Positions 52,497 to 64,000 of a DNA stretch of 64,000 bases are shown here, piece by piece; within the stretch, counting starts at the first letter, position 1; the number at the start of each line of letters is the position of its first letter. The stretch is from the human T2T-CHM13v2.0 reference genome, Homo sapiens. A program made the translations under genes and the position numbers. The DNA is taken from assembly GCF_009914755.1 (NCBI RefSeq), contig NC_060929.1, one strand, 5' to 3'. The notes beneath the pieces are model-generated. The model searched no databases and had not been told where the DNA came from. It saw only the letters and a list, made by a program, of their open reading frames with translations.

Positions 52497-54939
52497 TCAC
52501 CAAAGCCTGAGGGAGAAGGTGTCATGTTTAGTCCTAATTTATTGTTAAGGAAACTGAAGCACAAAGAAGACGAGTGACTTGGCCAAGGCCATGCAGCTAG
52601 CAAGTGGAGGAGCCAGAGCTTTTTGTTCCACCCTCAGCCCCGCTGGTTGGGTTGCCTAGGTCGACCAGACCTGGCCACCCTGGGGAGAAATTGACAAAAG
52701 AGGGTTAAAGCTTCAGTCTAGGCCATTTCCCAACCTTCTCGAAGAGCCACATTCTGGCCAGGGCCAGCAGCTGACCCTGGGATGAGGAAGGCGTGGACGG
52801 AGCCCTTTCTCAGCACTAGTAACCTTTGATCTCTAGGTGGGGTGGCTAGCAGCGGCACCTGAAAGGATGGCAGGGTGGCTGGACTGGGAGGGACTGGGGA
52901 TCTAATCCCTTTGTGACCTCAGGGGTGTCTTCAGTAATTGGAGGGACAATGACTGATGGTGGGGGGTATTGAAAATCCCAGTTGTGTGGCGGGAGGGCAG
53001 AGATGAGGTGAGGGAGGGGCCTGGAGAAAACTATTGATACAGAAGGACGGGGGGCCAAAGTGCCAACGGGAGGAAGAGAATGGGAAGATGGGGAGCACTG
53101 GTTTTGGAGCCCCAGCACGGGCATTTTGTGGTGCTATCATTTTGAGCAATTGAGAACCTTCAGCTTTCTTTTCCTTGTCTGTAACAGTATCTTCCTCCCA
53201 GAATAGTTGTGAGGAGTTTGGTACCTAATAAACACTCAGTAAATGCAAGCTATTATTATTACAAAGTACTTAAGATGTGGCCCTGAGTGTGGTGAGCGCT
53301 GAGTCCCAGGAGGCCATTGTTATGCATTGCTTGGCTGCCTGTGGAGGCCCAGCCTAGACCCCCAGCTCAGGCTGGAGTGATCAAACGAGGCCTGAAGATC
53401 CTGAATGTGAAAGCCCCTTAGGAGGCTCCAGGGATCCTGGGAGCCTAGCCAGGAAGGCCTTTCTGATTATTATTAGGCCCTAGACAGGGGCCCACTTCCA
53501 AGCTTGGCCAAATCATTCCTTCTCTAGAAAGGCTCAGTGGCCCCCTGGGCCTTTGGCAGGAGACGTGTGAAAATCCCCAGTGGAATAGGGAAAGCCACAC
53601 ACTAAAGCTGGGCCAGGTGGGCCTTTCGTCCACCCCACCCCCAACCCCATCCCACCCCTGCCGCCTGTTGCCCCTCTCCCCAACCCCCACTGTCAGCAGG
53701 TAGTATCTGAGTCTCCAGCGATAGGTTCAGGGCAAATAAAGAATGGAAGATGCCCCAAGAGTACCCTCCTTGTGCTGCCCTCCCCTCCCCAGAGAGTTTG
53801 ACAGACCATTCCTGGAACCAGGGAGAACAGAGAAAAAGCTATAGGAGGACCTTAAAAATGACCTCCCCTCACTACAGAACTCAAGTGAATGACCTGAAAT
53901 GGCAGTAGGAGGGATTGCAATTAGACTGCCAGAGGGAATTTACTGACTGACAGCAATGTTAAGTGAGCTAGTTGCAGAGAAGTTATAAAACCTTTTGTTA
54001 AAGAAGAATAATAGTTACCTAGTTAGGTGCCTAGTGCTCTTCATACATTTGCTCATCAGTGCCTACAACAATCCCATTGGGTAAGTGCCATTATTATTTC
54101 CATTTTACAGATAAAAGCACTCGGCTCAGAGATGGGGAAGCCACTTGCCCAATATTACTCAGCAAAATAAGTGGCAGTGCTGGGGCCTCCACCCAGTAGG
54201 CAACCCTGCCTCTTAAACACACATCTTCAGAGAGGGGGTGGGTGGGTCCGATTTAGAGCCTCCCACAATACCTCTCAATGATTCTTGTTTTTAATTAGCA
54301 GAATCTCTGGCCATCCCTATAAAGCTGTGACCTAGGAATACAGGCAAATGAGGATCCTGGTTGTCACTGCTACCATTGGCTGAGGGCTTCCAATGAGTTA
54401 CCAAAAGGGCCCAAAGACCACTCAGAGCAAAAGCTCCTAGTGTCCTCCCTCCAGGATCAGAAGACCTCTTCAAAAAGGAAGCCAAAATGCATGAGACTAT
54501 CACTCACAGGGGGTAGGAGAAAAGCAGGCAGGAACTGCACAAGCTTTGAAATTCATTCTTGACCTTCTAATTCTCATGCTTAGGATTACCAGGAGTCTAC
54601 ATCCCCATTTTTACAAATGAAGAAACCAAAGTTCAGAAAGATACAGGCATGCAAGTCTCTGAACAAGAAATACAAGTGGCCAATAAACCTATGAAAATTA
54701 TGCCTGGGGCCAGGTGTGGTTGGCTTACGCCTATAATCCCAGCAGTTTGGCAGGCCGAGGTGGGCAGATCGTCTGAGGTCAGGAATTCAAGACCAGCCTG
54801 GCCAACATGGTGAAACCCCATCTGTACTAAAAATACAAAAAAAGCATCCAGATGTGGTAGCATGCGCCAGTAGTCCCAGATCCCCGGGAGGCTGAGGCAG
54901 AAGAATTGCTTGAACCCAGAGGGGAGGTTGCAGTGAGCT

Positions 54940-55420
54940 TGAGGGAAGAGAGAGACACTCTCATATTGTTTTATATTGTTTTATACTCAGTACCTGTTTT
55001 AAGAAAAAACAATAAGGAAGTAAAACCAAAGACAGGCAGCCCAGCGCCAGGCCGAAACCAGGCCTGGGCCTGCCTGGCCTAAACCCAGTAGTTAAAAATC
55101 AACTCATAACTTAGAAACTGATGTTATTCATAGATTCCAGCCATTGTATAGAAGAACATTGTGAAATTCCCTGCCCTGTTCTGCTTCTCTCTGACCACCG
55201 GTGCATGCAGCCCCTGTCACGTACCGCCTGCCTGCTCAAATCAATCACGACCCTTTCATGTGAAATCTTTAGTGTTGTGAGCCCTTAAAAGGGACAGAAA
55301 TTGTGCACTTAGGGAGCTGGGATTTTAAGGCAGTAGCTTGCCGATGACCCCAGCTGAATAAAGCCCTTCCTTCTACAACTTGGTGTCTGAGAGGTTTTAT
55401 CTATGGCTCGTCCTGCTACA
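54940..55420 (+). repeat. 5' LTR (LTR2B-like)
   Basis: tgagggaagagagagac...TATA-like cccttaaaagg, AATAAA, ...cctgctaca. Confidence 0.9.
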
Positions 55421-55425
55421 TTTCT

Positions 55426-55443
55426 TGGTTCCCTGACCGGGAA
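55426..55443 (+). other. Primer-binding site for tRNA-Glu
   Basis: TGGTTCCCTGACCGGGAA, complementary to the tRNA-Glu 3' end. Confidence 0.9.
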
Positions 55444-58053
55444 GCAAGGTGACTGACAGACGGCCGAGGCAGCCCCTTAGGCGGCTTAAGCCTGCCCTGT
55501 GGAGCATCCCTGTGGGGGACTCCGGCCAGCCTGAGTGACGCGATCCAAAGAGCGCTCCCGGGTAGGAAATTGCCCTGGTGGAATGCCTCGCCAGAGCAGC
55601 GTGTAGCAGGCCCCCGCGGAGGATTAACACAGTGGCTGAACACCGGGAAGGAACTGGCACTTGGGAGTCCGGACATCTGAAACTTGGTAAGACTAGTCTT
55701 TGGAACTTGCCCCACTCCATCTGAGTGGAAGCGTGGCCTGATCACCCACGGTGTGCCTGCATTGGCACTTTTGTTCTGGTTTTGACTTGGCTTGACTTGG
55801 TAAGACTAGTCTTTGGAACTTGCCCCACTCCATCTGAGTGGAAGTGTGGCCTGATCACCCACGGTGTGCCTGCATTGGCACTTTTGTTCTGGTTTTGACT
55901 TGACTTGAATTGCTGGATACTTTAGTTTTGGTTTTCACTTGGCTTAAATTTTTTGGTATTCAGATTTTGAATTTCATGATTTTGGTTTGGTATAAACGGT
56001 AAAAGTGTGTGTGTACCCTCTTTACCCATTCTTTGTCTTGTGGTGAGTATGTGTGGTGTGAGCATGGTATTTTGTCTCGGAAGAAAAAAATATGGGTCAG
56101 GCGCAAAGTAAGCCCACCCCACTGGGAACTATGTTAAAAAAAAATTTCAAGATTTAAGGGAGATTACGGTGTTACTATGACACCAGAAAAACTTAGAACT
56201 TTGTGTGAAATAGACTGGCTAGCATTAGAGGTGGGTTGGCTATCAGAAGAAAGCCTGGAGAGGTCCCTTGTTTCAAAGGTATGGCACAAGGTAACCTGTA
56301 AGCCAAAGCACCCGGACCAGTTTCTATACATAGACAGTTACAGCTGGTTTTAGACCCCCTTCCCCCTCTCCCCACAGTAGTTAAGAGAACAGCAGCATAA
56401 GCAGCTGGCAGAGGCAAGGAAAGACCAGCAGAGAGAAAAAAAGGCCATCTATACCAATTTTAAGTTAATTTAGACTGAACAAGGTCTTATTAATAGCAAA
56501 GGATAATTGAAATCACAAACTTATAAGGTTTTCAACAAAAGTGAAGTTTGCTAAAAGTTAACAGTGTAACATGTATTATGGTAACTTCTAATCTTGTGGC
56601 CTTAGACAGTCTAGTCAAAACACATAAAGAAAGTTTGCTTTAAAAAAACAATGGTTATCTTCAAAAATAAAGGGGAGAGGCAGAATTTATATAAAAAGAG
56701 TTATATGATAAATTCTTGTCCTGAAATAAATTAACTGGTTGTTTAAAGAAAAGAATGTTTGTAATAAGTCAAAAAGTTAAAACATGTTTAAAAAATTGTC
56801 TGCAAAAGTCATAAAAGAAAAAATTTTATTAAAAAAATTTTAAGCAAAAAATGTTGTATAATTTAAAAGTAATAAGGCCTCCTGTGTACTATTAAGACAG
56901 ATGCAAATTCCTGGTTGAAATGGATCAAATATTCCATCTGCACATTAAACAAAAGCAATTGTTATGCTTGTGCACATGGCAGGCCAGAGGCCCTGATTGT
57001 CCCCCTTCCACTAAGGTGGTCCTCTAGTCGACCAGGCGTGGACTGCATGGTAGCTCTTTTCCAGGATTCTACAGCCTGGAGTAATAAGTCATGCCAAGCT
57101 CTCTCTGCTATATCCCAAAGTCTCTGCGGGTCAGCCCCCAAGGGCCATGCAGCTTCTGTCTCCCAACACTAAGTTCACTTCGTGTCTCTCACGGCAGAGA
57201 GGAAACTTAGTATTCCTTGGAGACCTGAAGGGATGCAGTGAGCTTAAGAATTTTCAAGAGCTTATCAATCAGTCAGCCCTTGTTCATCCCCGAGTGGATG
57301 TGTGGTGGTATTGTGGTGGACCTTTACTGGGCACTCTGCCAAATAACTAGTGTGGCACTTGTGCTTTAGTCCATTTGGCTATCCCTTTCACCCTGGCATT
57401 TCATCAACCAAAAAAAAAAAGAAAAAAGAAAAACTCATGTCGGCCCCAGCCCTGAGGCTACCTGACCTGACAAAACTCTTTACACTCTGTGTCAGAAAGA
57501 GAAAAAATGGCAGTTGGAGTTTTAACCCAGAATGTAGGGCCCTGACCAAGGCCAGTGGCCTATCTCTCAAAACAACTAGACGGGGTTTCCAAAGGCTGGC
57601 CCCCATGTCCAAGGGTCCTGGCAGCAAGGGCCCTGTTAGCACAAGAAGCAAATAAGCTAACTCTTAGACAAAACCTAAACATAAAGTCCCCCCATGCTAT
57701 GGTGATTTTAATAAATAACAAAGGAAACCATTAGCTAATGAATGCTAGACTAACTAGATACCAAAGCTTGCTCTGTGAAAATCCCCGCATAACCACTGAA
57801 GTTTGCAACACCCTAAACCCTGCCACCTTGCTCCCCGTATCAGAGAGCCCAGTTAAACATAACTGTGTAGAAGTACTGGACTCAGTTTATTCTAGTAGGC
57901 CCAACCACTGAGACCACGCTTAAACATCAGTAGACTAGGAGCTGTACGTGGATAGGAGAAGCTTCGCCAACCCCTGCAAAGTGACTCTGAAGAAGATGAC
58001 AAGCCCTGCTCCAGTCACACCCGGAAGCTGACTTGTACACACATGGCCGAAGC

Positions 58054-60130
58054 ATGAGGAAACTCATTGCGGGACTCATTTTCCTCAAAATTTGGACTTG
58101 TACAATAAGGACTTCAACTGACCTTCCTCAGACTGAAAACTGTTCCCAGTATATACATCAGGTCACTGAGGTAGGACAAAAGATTGCTACAGTCATATTA
58201 TTTTATAGTTATTATGAATGCCTAAGAACTCCAAAAGGAACCTGTTTGTATAATAACACTCAGTATAAAGTAGGTAATCCAGGCAGTGACCAGCCCAATG
58301 TGTGCTATGACCCCTCTGAACCTCCCAAGATCACAGTCTTTGAAGTAAGACTAAGGACTGGTCCTTTTCTAGGTGACACAAGTAAAGTAATAGCTAGAAC
58401 AGAAGAAAAAGGGGTCCCCAAAAATGTAATCTTAAAATTTGATGCCTGTGCTGCTATTAATAGTAAACAGCATGGGATAAGATGCAGTTCTCTAGATTGG
58501 AAAAAAAGTTACACAGCAGAAAATAAGTACATCTGTCAAAAATCATATTTATGCGAGATGTGTCAATACTGGTCTTGTGTCATTTGAGCTACTTAAAAAG
58601 AAAATAAAAAAAGATCCTGTTTGGCTCCAAAAATGAAAAGTCAGCCCCTCCTGCACAAGTGGGAGCTGCATCCTTTTAAAATTGATAATCACAAACCCCT
58701 CAGACCCAAGTAAAATAAAAAAAAATGTAACATTAGGCATTGATGGAAAAGGGCTGGATCTTAGTGTAAGCATCCTAATAAAAGGAGAGGTTCAAAAACG
58801 CTCTCCAGAACCAGTATTTCAGACCTTCTACCAGTATTTTCTACCAGTATTTCAGTATTTCATGATGAACTAAATGTGCCAGTACCTGAGATTCCAGGAA
58901 AAACTAAAAATTTGTTTTTTCCATTAGCCGAACATGTAGCCCAGTCTCTACAAGTCACCTCATGTTATGTCTGTGGAGGAACTGTAACAAGAGATCAATG
59001 GCCATGGGAAGCCCGAAAATTAGTTCCTACAGACCCAGTTCCTGATGAATTCCCAGCCCAAAAGAACCACCCTGACAATTTTTGGGTTCTAAAAGTCTCA
59101 ATTATTGGACAGTATTGCATAGCTAGAGAAGGAAAAGGATTCACTCATCCTGTAAGGTGGCTTAGTTGTCTTAGGCAAAAGCTGTATAATGGTACCACAA
59201 AAACAGTTACATGGTAGAGTTCCAATCACACAGAAAGGAATCCATTCAGCAAATTTCCAAAGTTGCAGACTGTTTGGGCCCACCCAGAATTCCACCAGGA
59301 CTGGACGGCCCCCACCAGGTTATACTGGATATGTGGACACAGAGCTTATGCTAAGCTGCCTGATCAGGACAGGTAGCTGTATAATTGGCACCATTAAGCC
59401 ATCTTTCTTCTTACTGCCCATAAAAACAGGTGAACTTCTAGGCTTCCCAGTCTATGCTTCCTGCAAAAAATGAAGCATAGCCATAAGTGATTAGAAAAAT
59501 AATGAATGGCCCTCTGAAAGAATCATACAATACTATAGACCCGCCACTTAGGCACAAGAAGGCTCATGAGGATATCGAACCCCTATCTACATGCTCAACT
59601 GAATCATACAGTTGCAAGCTGTTTTAGAAATTATTACTAATAAAACCGGTCAAGCCTTGACCGTTCTTGCCCAGCAAGAGACTCTGATGAGAAATGCTAT
59701 CTATCAAAATAGAATAGTTCTTGACAACTTGGTAGCAGCTGAAGGAGGAGTTTGTAGAAAATTTAACCGTACTAATTATTGTCTACACATAGATGATCAG
59801 GGGCAAGTAGTTGAGAATATAGTTAAAGATATAACAAAACTGGCACATGTACCTGTGCAAGTGTGGCATGGACTCAGTCCGGGAGCCATGTTTGAAAATT
59901 GGTTCCCAGCAATAGGAAAATTTAAAACTCTTGTAATAAAAATAATAATAGTAATAGGAACCTGCTTACTGCTCCCTTGTCTTATACCTGTATTTCTCCA
60001 AATGATAAAAAACTTCGTTGCCACCTTAGTTCACAAAAATGCTTCAGCACAAGCATACTATGTAAATCACTATCAATCTATTGCACAAAAAGACATAAGT
60101 AGCAAAAACAAAAGTGAGAACTCCCACTAA
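58054..60130 (+). pseudogene. HERV-E-type env remnant
   Basis: MRKLIAGLIFLKIWTC signal peptide, TSCYVCGG CXXC, ISD-like [20 protein letters not shown] anchor; many stops. Confidence 0.88.
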
Positions 60131-60160
60131 TAAAAAGTGAGAGTCTCAAAGGGGGGGAAA

Positions 60161-60638
60161 TGAGGGAAGAGAGAGACCCTCTCATATTGTTTTATATTAT
60201 TTTATACTCAGTACCTGTTTTAAGAAAAAACAACAAAGAAGTAAAATCAAAGACAGGCAGCCCGGCACCAGGCCTGAAAGCAGGCCTGGGCCTGCCTGGC
60301 CTAAACCCAGTAGTTAAAAATCAACCCATAACTTAGAAACTGATGTTATTCATAGATTCCAGCCATTGTATAGAAGAACATTGTGAAATTCCCTGCCCTG
60401 TTCTGTTTCTCTCTGACCACCGGTGCATGCAGCCCCTGTCACGTACCGCCTGCCTGCTCAAATCAATCACAACCCTTTCATGTGAAATCTTTAGTGTTGT
60501 GAGCCCTTAAAAGGGACAGAAATTGTGCACTCGGGGAGATCGGATTTTAAGGCAGTAGCTTGCCGATGCTCCCAGCTGAATAAAGCCCTTCTACAACTCG
60601 GTGTCTGAGAGGTTTTGTCTGTGGCTTGTCCTGCTACA
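60161..60638 (+). repeat. 3' LTR (LTR2B-like)
   Basis: Colinear with 54940-55420. Confidence 0.9.
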
Positions 60639-60749
60639 AGCTGAGATTGCATCACATACCCCTGCACTCCAGCTTGGGTGACAGAGTGAGACCCTATCCA
60701 AAAAAAAAAAAAGAAAGAAAAAGAAAGAAAGAAAAGAAAAGAAAATAAT

Positions 60750-64000
<3,251 letters not shown>

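Larger units (their letters stand above)
54940..60638 (+). mobile_element. Harlequin (HERV-E-related recombinant) provirus with LTR2B-type LTRs, inserted within an Alu
   Basis: LTRs 54940-55420 and 60161-60638; TSD AGCT (54936-54939, 60639-60642); PPT 60148-60160; the Alu resumes exactly after the 3' LTR. Confidence 0.92.

Overview
Human (or near-identical hominid) genomic DNA from the STING1 (TMEM173) locus, which is 5q31.2 by gene content. Protein-coding genes: SMIM33 (+, two coding exons, 132 aa) and the complete 8-exon STING1 gene (-, 379 aa, R71-G230-R232-R293 allele), arranged tail-to-tail. The remaining ~52 kb upstream of STING1 is very Alu-dense. It contains a nested stack of two processed pseudogenes (NTPCR-like and NCOA4), a full-length defective HERV9/LTR12 provirus (32018-41477), an orphan CpG island with a strong CTCF motif (~46950-47450) and a Harlequin/LTR2B (HERV-E-related) provirus inserted inside an Alu (54940-60638). 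I found no evidence of a wholly new biological system. The best leads are: a duplicated STING1 exon-7 donor predicting a tail-less STING; tandem TGATG-coupled uORFs in the STING1 5'UTR; an APOBEC3-like Trp-to-stop signature in the Harlequin provirus; a duplicated ERV splice donor that could feed a downstream host gene; and an NCOA4 retrocopy that seems to keep ancestral sequence. Exon, LTR and TSD coordinates were read by hand. Repeat-cluster coordinates and repeat subfamily names are approximate and come from recall, not a database search.
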